A stretch of DNA of 63,377 bases, filler included, from Intoshia linei (GCA_001642005.1; 9 parts of 9 records of this genome joined end to end with filler, not necessarily neighbours in it), one strand, 5' to 3'; counted from the whole stretch's first letter, positions 37,989-51,060 are shown. Made by a program: numbers and translations. The notes: generated by a model not told the origin, from the sequence alone.

Positions 37989-38839
37989 CTAAATGATTTT
38001 ATAAACAATTTTATAAATATGAAAATTTAAAATTATGACTATATTAACCTTAAAACCTACTTTGAGCTTGTAAAAATGTGATAATTAGGGGTAAAAAATT
38101 GATAAATTTCATAATTATTTTTATAGAAATAAAATATTACTGGTATAATCAATTCATTGTAGATTAATCTAATTATTGTTGAAATTTATTAATAATCTTA
38201 TTATACAAAAATTGTATCAAATTTTAACAAATTGAGCTTGTCGTTGATGAATTTAATCAAATTAGCAAGTCGCAGATATGTTGTAGCATTAATGTAATAA
38301 AAAATACTCAAATTTCAAAGTAATCGTCACACAAATTGCAAATTTTAATATCTATTTATGTTGATGTGTAATAGGATTATAAACATTAATTAAATAATGT
38401 TGTTCTATAAAGTTAAACACAAGTACTTAATCCGATTCACGATGACTAGAACTTTTACAATTTGTAAATATTGTTTTGTTGCACATTTTGTTTATTGAAA
38501 TTAATCTCTAGCTGGTTTATTGTAGTTTTTATCAAGCTTATTTTTCTAATTAATTTATTAATAACACTATGTTTAATAAACATTGTTGAAACGTATATCT
38601 ACAAATATTAGTGTAATATTACTGCAACATTCTTAAATACAACTTATAAAGTACAACTGAATTTAGACTAAAGTTTAGTAGTAATTCAATATCAAGTCAA
38701 CTACAAGTATAATTGCAATCAGAGTTGACAGATGTCAGGATTTTATCCCAAAGCCTAGACGACCGCTACATTATTATTTTAAAAATCCCACTTTTATCCC
38801 GGCATTAATAAAATTTAATAATATTTAATAAAAAATATA

Positions 38840-39260
38840 ATTTCAAAATCTTGGGAAAATCCACGTTTTACAATATTTTTTTAAAATTTTACCAAACCTT
38901 ATGAGAAAAAACTCTTATTCCACCCCAAAATAGAAAATCCAATTTTACCATCTCCTTAGGGAAAAATCCCCTGTTTTTAAAATTTTTTTGTAAAATCAGA
39001 ATTTACTAAATCTTATGAGAAAAAACCTCTTATTCCCACCCCAAAATAAAAAATCCAAATTTACCAACCCTTAAGGAAAATGCCCCTTTTTCCAAATTTT
39101 TTTTTGAAAAATCCATTTAATCCAACCCTAAAATATAAAATCCAATTTTACCAACCCCTTAGAGAAAATCCACTGTTTCTAAAATTTTTTTGAAAAATCA
39201 GATTTAATCAAATCTTGAGAAAAAACCTCTTATTACAACCCGAAAATAAAAAATCCAAAA
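38840..39260. repeat. Degenerate minisatellite with a ~120-bp higher-order period
   Basis: ATGAGAAAAAA(C)CTCTTATTCC-ACCCCAAAATA-AAAATCCAATTTTACC blocks repeat about three times. Confidence 0.7.
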
Positions 39261-39652
39261 ACATGACTAAGTAATTAATTTAAATATTTCACCAACATTA
39301 TAAATGAAATTAATTAAATTTTTTTATTAAAACCTTAGACTCTAAGGAAAATTGTTAAATTTGACAGTAACTCAAAAGAATTTCAATTTAAATTATTGGA
39401 TCACGTTTTTAATTTAATTTAAACATTATTGTCATAAAAAAATCTATGCAAATACAATATAAACAAGTATGTTATTATTACAAATTGTAATTTACAAAGT
39501 ATGCCAATTTTGCAACTAATCTCTAGTCTAAAAGCATTTACAATTTATTTTGCAAATGTTACCTTTACTATTAGCATGACTTTCATAGTTTATTTTGATA
39601 AAGTTATTTTATTAAGTGAATAAAATTTTTTAATTGTGATATAATTAATTTT

Positions 39653-42600
39653 ATGCCAAGAATTCAAGATAGAGGTATCAATCATACTGATGATCAATTA
39701 TTTGACCGCTTGAAAAAGAAGTGTAAAAGCAAAGATTTGTCGAAATATGGGATGCCTAAAAGTAAATATATTTATTTCAACTTAAAGACAATATTTTTAA
39801 ATATTGCTTGCTATTTTTAAACAAATTTTATATTTTCCGTGTTTTTTGTACTTTTTGTTTTTTTCAAACTTTTTTAGAAGGCCCAAATTTTATCAATATA
39901 AAATAATTTGGAACAAATAATAATAATTAACGGACCACCATTTTAATCTTGTTGGAAAATTTTTTAAACACAGAAAATATTTTAAAATTATTAACAATAT
40001 TGAGCTACTGGTTAAGAATCAGTGGTATACAATGTATAAGAATTTACATTATTTTATTTAGATTTGATGCAAATGAAAAAGTAATTTGTTTATCGGATGT
40101 ATTCAGGTATTAAAATCATTAGTCATAAGGGTTGGTAAATTTTTATTTTTAAGTAAAAATGGTTGGATTTAAGAATATTCTCATTAATAACAAGCTTGAC
40201 TGTCCGATGAATATTATATACATTATCATTTATAAATGTATATTTTTATCTTATTTTACTTAATTTATTTTATTAAAGTGCTGATGAATTAACCAATTAT
40301 CAACTAAAGCCTACTTCTAATGGTAAAATTTATTTTATTATAATATTTAGTTGAGAGATCAGCTATTCAACAAGTGAGTTTAGATGTCATTGTAAGTACT
40401 GAAATCTGATAGATTATATAATACTAGCTGGACTGTTATGTACTTTGTACCAACAGCACCTAGTTCTGCCGAGAGCGGACGTTTTTAATTCTACCAAAAA
40501 AATAAATTCAAAAATGAAATATTACTTAAGAATTATACTATTCACTGTTACTAATGGTTAATGAAATGGTTTCAAAAGGTTTGTCACTATGGACCGTCAT
40601 TCCAGGTGACAAATAATTTTGAATCAACATCAACCAATATTTTTCAAATATTTCGATTAACAATTTGTAAACAAAAATTGAAAATATAAATATTTATCCT
40701 ACAGTTTCAAAAAAAAATGTGCATTGAACGTTTGCATATTTCCAATAAAGAAATATTGCTGAAAATTTATATAATTCATTCATTCGCAATTTTTGGGTAG
40801 AATAAAAATGTGTTATCGGCAGAGCTAGGTGCTATTCGTAGTACATAAAAGTCAACCTAGTATATAAAATTCAGACTTTTTCCATTTTTAAAAAAATAGG
40901 TTAATTTGGGCTAACATTCATTTGATCGATACATCTTAGACCGTCATAATCATATATTTTGATAATTAATAATATTATTGATCATTTGATCGAGTTTTTG
41001 TGGGAAATTTTTTTTACCTTCATTTTAAAAGATTTTGATGATAATTGTGGTCATAAGATTTGTAGGTTTTTAAGGGAACATTTTTAAAATATTTTGAAGA
41101 TAATTTTTGAACTAAAATTTTATGAAACAAGATAGTCATTCGCTTTTAGTTTAATCTATATTTATGAATAATACAATTTAACTTTCATTTTTGTCGAGAA
41201 ACCTAAAATATTCACAAAATGGAACATTTGATAAAATCGGACTCGGACCTCCTAGGAGTGAAATTTGTAGGTGTCTTAGTTAGCATATTTAAACAACATG
41301 TGTAAATTAAGAATATATGCGCCCATGGCAACCGTGAGCGGCAGGATAAGGTTTAATATACAGTGCTTTTTTAAATAAAGAAAATTTTTTTGTAAATAAT
41401 TATTACAATTGTCTTATATCAGGGATATTTTAATGATTATTATAAAATTTATCTAGAAAATACTTATCCCAGAACTACTACAGTTTCTAATATGCCAAAA
41501 TCAAATGTTCAATTGATCTCCAATATAGGTCTACGATGTATGTGTTAATGTGAAATGATTGTATTGTTAATATTTAGCAAGAAATCAAATCAAATATCTT
41601 AAGAATTGTTTATCAACTACTTGCACACAGTTTACAATTCTATCGGATAGAAAAATGTCCTTACCATATGGATGTTTTGCATCCAAAATATTGGTAAAAT
41701 TTATTATTTAATATATATTGGTAAACCAATTTTATTTGGTTGCCATCACTGACCTATGATTAGTGGTTCTCAAATTGACTAATTTTTACATTATCTACAG
41801 TTATGAGTTAACGAATACAAACAATAATTCGTATAATCGCGCGGTGTAGATTTTTATTTTTTTTATAATATTTGAGAACCACTGACTGTGCCGTTAAAAT
41901 TGAACCGCCTGAAATGACTTATTATTATATTATAATACATTGACACCATTTTATTGTCAACTCGGTCGAGAAACGTCTCTTTAGACCAGTGGTTCTCAAC
42001 CCGTGTTCCGCGAAATTAATTGGGGTTCCGTGAAATATAAATGCGATATTATTCAATTTAAAGTTTTTCTAAAATACTGTTGTATGCAATGAAACAACAT
42101 CATTTCTCAAATTAAAATCAAGTAAGTTTTAATAAAAGTATTATACGTTGTGAGTATACCTGTATATGGGAACCTGAAAAATGATGTTAAAAAGTAATAA
42201 TAATTCAGATTATCTTTATGAGAAATATTATAAAAAAGGTGAGTTTTTACGGGCCCAACTCTCTTGAAATAATTTAAATAAGTTACTTACCTATTTATAA
42301 TGATATTTAACTATAAAGTTGTCTCTCACGGGATTGAATGCTTCTTCGTGGTGTGAGGGAGGCAACTAGTTTTGCCAGCTAAATTCCGTGTGTTATTAAT
42401 TTTTGAATTAAAAATTCAATTGTTTTATATATGCGACATGCGAAAAAAAATTGTTGATCATGCTTTTAGGTGCCGCGATTTTTTGAAATTTTATAAGAGT
42501 TCCGCGCAGTAAAAAAGGTTGAGAAACACTGCTTTAAACTAAAGTTTAGCGACACAGACTGTAATACTTGTTGTTTATTATTTATTTTACAATTGTAGGT

Positions 42601-43564
42601 TTTGAGCCGACCAGGTCAATCTGAATTTGCATATGTAGATTTTTTCAAATCTATTCATTTGAATAAAATACTAGAGTGTTATAACAGTAAAATTATTATA
42701 AAAGATATCCAATTTGACAAACCGCCAATACAACCTGACACATCGGACCGGGCAGTTGTAGATACTAAATTGTTAACAAATGTGATACCTGTCTGTAAGC
42801 AAAATGGTAATATTGAAAATTCAAACACTATTCAATTAAATGGGACAACAAATAGACATATATTAAAAGAAAAAATTTCACTAAATTCTGATGATTCAAT
42901 GTCTACGTCATTTTCTGATATTCTGAAAAATGTAAATATTCATGTACAATACCACTCTACATGCCTTAAAGTTATTGGAATCCCTGAATCATGCTCAATG
43001 AAAATGATAAAATCATTCTTTGACGTATTTGGAAACGCTTACTATTCAATCGAATTTTATAATGACCAAACATGGGGCACAATCAAATTTGACGATAGTA
43101 AATGTTTGGTTAAAGCCTACAATTACTTGGTAAATATGAAAATGTGTCAAAACATTAAAAAAATATCAGAAACTATTTATAATCACAAAGTCGATGTAAA
43201 TTATTTATTAATGAAACTTTATATTGGTACACCAACCATTATGCTCATTCAAAATTTAAACAATTGTAATGAAGAATTAATATCTATTATTTTTAAACCA
43301 TACAATCTTATAAAATGTAATGTCATCCCAAATGATGATTCTGCTTTTATTCATTTCAAAAATTTTTGGTCTGCTTATTTAGCCTATATGGCCAAAGACT
43401 CAATTAATGAAAAAAATAAAATTAATTTTGAAATTTCATTTCCTTTTTCAAAGAGAAATTTTAAATCTCTTTTAAATAATTGTAATGCAATGTCCGGTGT
43501 ATTGAATAGCATGATGGTATTGAACAAAACTATTATTGATGAACTTGACATTCTTTCAGTTTAA
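39653..43564 (+). CDS. Multi-exon protein with two divergent C-terminal RRM-like domains
   Basis: ATG at 39653 and several short GT-AG exons. The terminal exon 42599-43564 has LKVIGIP..IKSFFDVFG..WGTIKF and MLIQNL..IFKPY..SAFIHF. Middle exons are only partly resolved. Confidence 0.6.
40424..40860. mobile_element. Inverted pair of Helitron-like 3' termini
   Basis: A|CTAGCTGGACTGTTATGTAC..CACCTAGTTCTGCCGA on the left and TCGGCAGAGCTAGGTG..GTACATAAAAGTCAACCTAG|T on the right. Confidence 0.65.
41987..42531. mobile_element. hAT (Charlie-type) MITE
   Basis: TIRs CAGTGGTTCTCAACC / GGTTGAGAAACACTG with TSD CTTTAGAC / CTTTAAAC (7/8). Confidence 0.8.
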
Positions 43565-44457
43565 TTATTCCATTATGTAGTTCCATTATAATTAAATGTT
43601 ATTTTAGTCAATATTCTATTGATTCAACTGAACAAGTTTAAGGATTTATTTTAGTAATAATCAAGTAAATGTTGTTTTTATCTTTATCAAGTTTTATTGT
43701 TGATCCGCGATTAATCCGTTTTAATTATTAATATTTAAAAATAATCCTACTTGATGAAATTTAATATCTTTGAGAGATTTATACTTGTAATCACTCAAAG
43801 ACTTTGACTGCATATGCAGTTTGGAATGCGAACTTCAATTGACTCTAATTACTTAAACAAACTTTTTACAAACATACATTTTCTTATACATTTTTTCAGG
43901 TCACTGAAAAATAAATTTGACACAAAAATTGTGTTAACCCATTGAAACATTTTGACGCATTAATGCGTCATTTCTATTTTATACATTGAGACTAAATGAC
44001 GCATATTTGCGAAAGGAACAAATACCCATGCCAACTGATTTCAAATTTTACATAAATACAGAAATATGACGTTAAAATAAAGTACGGTAGCTATGGTTAG
44101 AGTGTCTTGTGTTGATCTCCATGCTTGGTTATTCAATTTGTATATTTAATTTCAATTCTAATTCGTTTACTTTTTATTTTATCGATGTGTAAAGATCATT
44201 TTTTATAGAACATTTTTGTATGGAATCTTTAAATTAACAAACTCTACCACTAATTTTTATCTAATTTAATTATTTTTTTCACTGCAATCATAACAGTGTC
44301 ATATGCGACTTTATCAGTTTGACAATAAAATTTCGAAAAAAGTGTAAAAAATCACCCCATAATATTCCTTTGTGGTAGATTTGACTTTACAGTGTTGGCC
44401 ATGTTGCGTATATTTATTTTTTTATTATATTCTAACCCTTTTATTTGACATTTTTAG

Positions 44458-45720
44458 ATATGGATATTATGAAAATACGAAGGTATGTGAATTTAAATAT
44501 TAATGAACATTTTTTAATTTAGTACCGATTCCTTAGTGAATAAAGCTTTAACAAAAAAAAGTAAAAAATAAAATGATAAATTTTATTATTATCTAAAATA
44601 AATGCAATTTTAGGTGTTCTGTCTAGACTTGATAATAAACCAACAAACAACCACACAACTTTTGCGGATAAGCGAAATACGTGTGTTTTCAATAGAATCA
44701 CTGGCAAAAATTGTGTCGGGGATTTTTTTGAAAAAAATTCAAAGGTAACCTTTAATAATGAATTAAATTTAATTTTTAGCTCACAATAACGGATAAACTT
44801 GAATATGTTCTACATACCACAATTGCTAAAGAAGATGTTGATGCCTTATTAAAAAATTATCAGAGTTGTGAAATTTTCAAAGAATCCAGTTTTGATCTCA
44901 CTTAATTGCTGTATACGAGTAGCACGATATTGAGGAACTTGGACATAATTAAAATCAAACCAAATTTAGAATCAACCAAACAAAATGGTAATATTGAAGA
45001 AAAATGGAAGGAATCCAAATTAGTTAAAAGATTAAGACAAGAAAAAGAAGAATTAATGGTACAAATGAATACTATAAAAGAAGAGCTTGCTCAACTTAAA
45101 TCACGTCAAAATGAAATTGCGAATTCAAGTGACATAAAATCACTCACTAACCCTTGGACCAAGCCACTATTAATAATGAAAAATAATGACATGTTAAAAC
45201 GGAACACTCATCAACATTTTGAAAATAGTCTTGAAAAAATAAAGGACACTGCAAAACAATTACATTTACCTCAAAATAACACTATAAAAATGTACATTGA
45301 CTACGAAAATACTGGAAAAACTTCAAATATTGATATATTTTCCGAATTACACTTAGACCCGTATGTATACGTCTCATACTCTAAAATTGAAGTAAAGATT
45401 TATCATAAACCTCAAAATATCGACATGACATATCTGAAACAAATGTTTAAACATTTTGGTGACTTTTCATACGAAATAAAAGAAGATGTTAAAAAAAATG
45501 ACCTGAAATCACAATCTGTAGTGATATCTAGCAACTACGAGCGACTTAATAAAATTGTTGATCAATTGCAACAGTTAAATGTACCAGTTATTGGTAATTT
45601 TGAATTTTTGTTTTTAAAAAATTATCGCAAATTTAAAAATTTACATTCTCAGATTTTAAAAATGAAATGTTATTTAGGTCTCTGTTCCAATGATTTGCAG
45701 AATTTTACCGTTAAAACATT
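44458..45720 (+). pseudogene. Coiled-coil plus degenerate RRM-like gene with an in-frame stop, running into a hAT fragment
   Basis: Short GT-AG exons, then a long exon from 44780 with TAA at 44903-44905 in frame with ORF 44906. RRM-like segment VKIYHKPQNIDMTYLKQMFKHFGDFSYEI. Confidence 0.45.
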
Positions 45721-46140
45721 ATTTTCTGAACTAGAAAAATTGGGTGTAGTATATGATTCTATGAACTTTAACTTCAACTCATTATTAACCTTTATTGCTA
45801 TACGGTGGCTGTCAAGAGGAAGAGCTTTGAAACGCCTATTAATATTAAAAAGTGAAGTTATTTTATTTTTGTAGAAAAATAACAAACTTAGAAAAAATTT
45901 TTCAAAACACAAATTGGATGTGCAAATTATATTATTTGTCAGATTTATTTGAAAAATTAAATGAATTGAATATTTCACTTCAAGGAGAGCATACTAATAT
46001 TTTTAAATTAAAATCTAAAATTCAGGGATTTATAAACAAATTAATATTATGGAAAAATAAAATTGAAAAAAATCAATATGAAATGTTTTCTGATACAGAA
46101 AATTATATTGCTGATAATGCATTGAATATGAATTCTACAT
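45720..46140 (+). mobile_element. hAT/Buster transposase fragment
   Basis: Motifs LL...IRWLSRGRALKRL..LKSEV..FL and W.CKLYYLSDLFEKLNELNISLQG..I.GF..KL.LW, with one stop and one frameshift. Confidence 0.85.
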
Positions 46141-46727
46141 TGTGTAGTCATTGCCACACCCTAATATATATAAAATAGTGAATATTATAAAAATATCGAA
46201 ACAATCGCTTCAAAATTTGCATAGATAATCAATTAAAAATCACTATATATTAAATTATGATAAACGAATTACAGTCTAAATTAATGTGCATGATTTTTAT
46301 TATATTATTATTATTGTAATGAACAGACATTATTGTTACTATGTTTTATCATCTACATTTAAATNNNNNNNNNNNNNNNNNNNNNNNNNNNNNNNNNNNN
46401 NNNNNNNNTTAATTAATTAANNNNNNNNNNNNNNNNNNNNNNNNNNNNNNNNNNNNNNNNNNNNTAAAATCCGTATCAGAGTGTATATTTTTTTAAATTC
46501 TCCAACTCGTTTGATTTTAAAAAAAATGGACAATTGGGGTTTTTGATCCGTAAGATGTGAGTTTGGAGTTGAAATTTATTTTTCTAACACTCCCGGAAAA
46601 AACTGTGATTGAAGTGTGGACAATATAAAATTCTAAGACTGGTAGTTATTGAAATAAACGATAACACATACACACAGACAAACAAAGAATATTATATAAG
46701 TAAAGGATGTTATATAAAAAATTTTAG

Positions 46728-48742
46728 GTCTAGAAAATCCTAAAGCCCTTTTAATTCTATTGAGTGACGATATTGTATGCTATGATTTATTCAATAAACC
46801 GTAATAATATTTTTAAAACCAATTAAAATTATTTAATTATTAGATTCCTTGAAATTGTAAATTATGAAAAAACCGATTTTTCAGAATCTCCTATATGCAC
46901 ATGTCAATACTATCCCCAATGTTCTGATGCTATGATGGAACTTATCGAATCTCATTCTAACGCTAATGTGAGGCTTTGTGGTTCATATTCAAAACAGGTA
47001 CATTTGTAATACAGATATGTAGTATAGAGCTCTGAACCATGAATTTTATTTATCCAGTCTTCAAAAAATCAGGAATAATATTTCCATTTTAACAATACGT
47101 GTACTGTAAAATTATAATATTGTGAATAATTAATTTTAAATATAGTACACTGCAGAGTGGTTGCTAATTATACATGTATATCTCGACTTATTGGGTTATT
47201 TGTCAATTTCTAGTTTTGATAACTAATTACTAACTAATAACCGACTTTTAGTATAGCCCTTCGTTAAGAATAAATATAGGTCTACTAGGGTAAAAAAGTA
47301 TATCTCTTTTCTTTAAGACTCTACTATTCTTTTTATTTCTCTCCTTGTGTTATTCTCTTCTATTGTGAGTTCATTCTTATGACTAATGAAAATTAGGATA
47401 ATAGAGATTTTTAATGATTGCAAATTTTTTCAATTAAATTTGGACAGACTTTGAGGATATGATAAAAAATTTTGTTGCTAACTGGACCTGATGTTACCCG
47501 TTTTATGTCATTGTTTAATTGAATTTTAAATTATTAATATTATGACTGCCCGATGCAGGCTCTAATTTATGAAATCTTCATCAATACTTTTAGACATGGC
47601 CAATAGATGGTGGTATGAAAGGGGAAATGAATAATTCGTTAGAATTATTTATTACCGGGTAAAATATTGTAGTTTTCTTTTAAAAATTATTTTAGACACA
47701 AAGATGGGAAAATAAAATTTTGGAACACTTCTTCATGTAATATAATATTATTATTAATTTATAATCTAACACACATTTGTCTATAACATTTGTCTGACTT
47801 TTTTACAAAGATTACTTTTATATATGTTTAGTAAATTTTAAACCACTGTATATAATCAATACTTCAAAAATTTTTAATGGTGTAACGAAAACATCAAAAT
47901 TATCTTTAATTAAAAAACCTTATAAAATTACAAACATTTTATTGTGCAATCAAACGTTGCGATTATTTGTAACAGGAATAAGCCATATAATCTGCTTTAA
48001 ATTTGCTCACAATGATGCTACCTTATTTATAACGGTACATTAAACATTTAAGATTTAAAATGTATAAATATAATTTTAATGTAGCCATTGTGCATAACGA
48101 TTCCGGCATATTTATCCCCATTCGGTGAAATAAGTGACTGTAATGATGAATGCAAACATAAATTGGATGCGTTGAATTTGGGAGACAATGAAACAATCAT
48201 GTGCCACAATGAATTTGCACATTGCCCGGTAAATATAATTAATCAATATTTATTTGAATGATTATAAAGAAATATTTTTCAATCTATTTACAGATTGTGT
48301 ATAGATTTCCAACGTACAATTTACTCTTCCTAGTGATTTAAGGTGGTTTTATAAATGCTAATTAATGAGATGGAAAATCTATAAAATTTTTAATTCTAGC
48401 CACCTTTCTCTTGAAATTATTATTTCACATCCAGTGGTTCTGAATTCAAATTTTGACAGACTCCATTTCCAAAAATAAAACTATGTTGCTATAATAATCT
48501 AATATGGAATTATAATTAAAATTAATAAAATTTTGAAAAATTGAAAAAAATAAAAATTTTGTTTGTATAATAAATTTCGTCCATTAATAATTATATTTAG
48601 GACATTTTGGTTAATGTCAAGAATAGTTTAGTTTCATGGAAAGGTGGATATCAGCCATCTTGTGTATGCTTACTTGGAACTAATAAAGAACATTTCAGTG
48701 TATCTGAAATTTCAAAAATATTTTATCTGGAAAAATTTAATT
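46728..48742 (+). CDS. STXBP5: Tomosyn (STXBP5 / Lgl-family WD40), internal exons
   Basis: Spliced NPKALLILLSDDIVCYDL, ESPICTCQYY..C, YSKQ-TWPIDGG, ELFITG-HKDGKIKFWNTS and VKNS...GGYQP follow the tomosyn motif order (HESPVTCCEY, GYSKKEWPINGG, ITGHADGSVKFWD). Confidence 0.78.
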
Positions 48743-49095
48743 TGTAATTAATATTAATTACTAGATTGACTAATTAATTATAAATAATGTAATTTGTACT
48801 TTGTATAAACAGATACAGTAAGACCTGTATATACTGAACACTAACATAGAAAAAATAACGATGTTCATTATAGATTTTATAGTGAACTTTTTATTATCCT
48901 TAAAATGCTGATTTTTCTACTTGAAGCGTCATAGCAAAGTTTGATCGAATCAAAATATTTTTGAAAATAGTATATTAATACAACCGAATATTCACNNNNN
49001 NNNNNNNNNNNNNNNNNNNNNNNNNNNNNNNNNNNNNNNTTAATTAATTAANNNNNNNNNNNNNNNNNNNNNNNNNNNNNNNNNNNNNNNNNNNN

Positions 49096-49980
49096 TATAA
49101 TAAAAAATTTAAAGAAAAGGTTCCTTTCGTACATATTTTCTTGTTTTTTTCAAAAAAAAAGATAAAAACCAATCTGACTCACGTCGATCTCAACTCAGCT
49201 CATGTTAATTTTTAAAAGTCGAACAGACTTACCCTCTAAGGAAAATTAAAGCCAACATCGATGTACTAAAAAATTTAGTTAAATTATTTGAAGCCTGTTA
49301 CCCCTAAAGAACTTTTTTTTAATATATCTAAAAATTTAAAAAGATAATTTTATCTTAAATTATCCCAATTAAACAAATATGTGAAGTTTTTAGGGTCTTT
49401 TCCTCTTTTTCTTTTATTTAAGCATGTTCACTTAAAATTTAATTTCTTTAAAAAAAGTAATATAGTCTTACTTTATTTACCCATTCATACTATTCACAAA
49501 TTAAATGACGAATGATTTTGCTACTTTAATGCATATAATTGCAGCCTTTTTTTAAATTGGCAGGGTTTATCCTATATGTTTTAAATAGGAAAATGTTTTT
49601 AATAAACAGTTAAAATAAGTATTGCTGAATTCATTACAATTTTTTTTAAATTTAATACTAATTTTTTCATAGATATTATAAATAATATTTATTTATTACA
49701 ATTTCAGATTTTATTTAACTATAAAAATTATTATTTTTAACAACAATATTTAATTATTATATTTTATTATAAAAGATAATTTTAATATCTATTTTATTGT
49801 TTTTTTATTTACTATGTTAGTTAATTTAATCAAAGCTTATCCTTTGATTTTTTTTATGAAATAATTAGAATATTAAAATTTTTGATTAACATATAATTTC
49901 CTTATTAATATTTTTATCTATTTTTTGTAATAAAGATTAATTCTAATAATAATATTAATAAAAATCAAATTTTTTCTAAA
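49096..49980 (-). rRNA. rrnL: Mitochondrial large-subunit rRNA
   Basis: Minus-strand landmarks GAAAAGACCCTA, GGGGTAACAG, CATCGATGTTGG, CTGTTCGAC, GAGCTGAGTT..CGTGAGTCAG and the sarcin-ricin loop GTACGAAAGGA. The 5' boundary is approximate. Confidence 0.9.
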
Positions 49981-49989
49981 AAGATAATT

Positions 49990-50308
49990 TTATTAAATTT
50001 TTTAAAAAACTATTATTCCAAAGATACTTTATTTAATTTATACTTAAATAATATTTATTTATTTAAACTTTTCAGTTTTTTTTATAACAATAATTATAAG
50101 CAATATAAAAAAATTTATTTAATTTTTAAAAAAATAATCTACTTTTATTTTAAAAATAATCTACTTACAAATAAAAAAATAATTGATTTTACCAATAAAA
50201 AGAATTTTATTTATTTAAATGTACTTAAAATTTGGATTTTGAAAAAATAATAGATTAAATTATTAATTTTATTGTTTTAATTTAAAACTATTTTATATTA
50301 ATTATAAT
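49990..50308. promoter_or_regulatory. Putative mitochondrial AT-rich non-coding/control region
   Basis: Almost pure A/T, lying where gene polarity switches, with a tandem AAAAATAATCTACTT x2. It may hide degenerate tRNAs. Confidence 0.4.
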
Positions 50309-50373
50309 ATATAAGTAAGCTAAAAAAAGCTATTGGGTTCATAATCCTTTAATAGAAATTTTTCTCTATATAA
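50309..50373 (+). tRNA. trnM: mt tRNA-Met (CAT)
   Basis: TAAGCTAAAAAAAGCT D-arm and TTGGG-TTCATAA-TCC anticodon arm. Confidence 0.85.
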
Positions 50374-50419
50374 TTATTTAAAATTTGGATTTTGTTTTTA
50401 TTATTTTTTTTATAAGAAA

Positions 50420-51060
50420 AAAACAATATTTTTTAAAATTTTCTTATTAAATTTAAAATTAAAATGGATTTTAATTAAGAAATTAAAAATAAAACTACTT
50501 AATTACTGTGCCAGCAATAGCGGTAAATCAGAAAGTTTAAATAAAAAACAAAAATATATTTTTATTAATATTAAAATAAATTTAATTAAAAAAGGTATAA
50601 TAAAGTAATAATCATTTTTTATATATTTAAGAAAAAAATTAAAAAAGAATTAGATACTCTATTATAATTTTCTGAATTAAATAAATTAAGTAAGACTTAA
50701 ATTTTTTGGGATAAATAAACTAAATAGGGGCTTCTATCTTTTAATATAACAATCAATAATAAAATTTACCTATTTTACACTTATACATTGTCGTGTTAAA
50801 TAAATTAATAATAATATAATTAATTCTTATTTAAGAAAATACACAGATCTAAATTTAGTTTATTTAGGAATAGTTGGAAGAAATAAAAATATTTTTTATA
50901 AAATTATATAAGTATAAAATAATAATATATTGAACTTATATGTAAAAAATATTTAATTAATATTTTTGAATTAGTTAATATTTATGTACTAATTGCCCGT
51001 CAGTTTTCTTAATAAAGAAAAAAAGCCGAAACATAGTTATTATAATAAAAATTGTAATAA
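50420..51060 (+). rRNA. rrnS: Mitochondrial small-subunit rRNA
   Basis: Landmarks GTGCCAGCA..GCGGT, ATTAGATAC, GTAC..TTGCCCGTCA, AAGCCGAAACATAG and a terminal hairpin at 51037-51060. The 5' end is approximate. Confidence 0.9.

Noticed and set aside
38840-39260. CRISPR-like array (also 6620-6860, 19300-19710 and 31210-31480)
   Set aside because: The units are degenerate and contiguous with no unique spacers, there are no cas genes, and the context is eukaryotic. These are minisatellites.
44903-44905. Stop-codon reassignment or readthrough in the nuclear code
   Set aside because: The conserved exons of KIF3A, GID4 and Munc18 show no in-frame stops, and GID4 and Munc18 terminate at TAA. Internal stops occur only in decayed sequences.
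21157-48742. Munc18-tomosyn synaptic gene cluster
   Set aside because: The genes lie on different contigs separated by artificial linkers, so their proximity is not evidence of linkage.
50010-50060. Minus-strand mitochondrial tRNA (Gln-like) next to rrnL
   Set aside because: The anticodon stem pairs poorly and no acceptor stem could be defined by eye.
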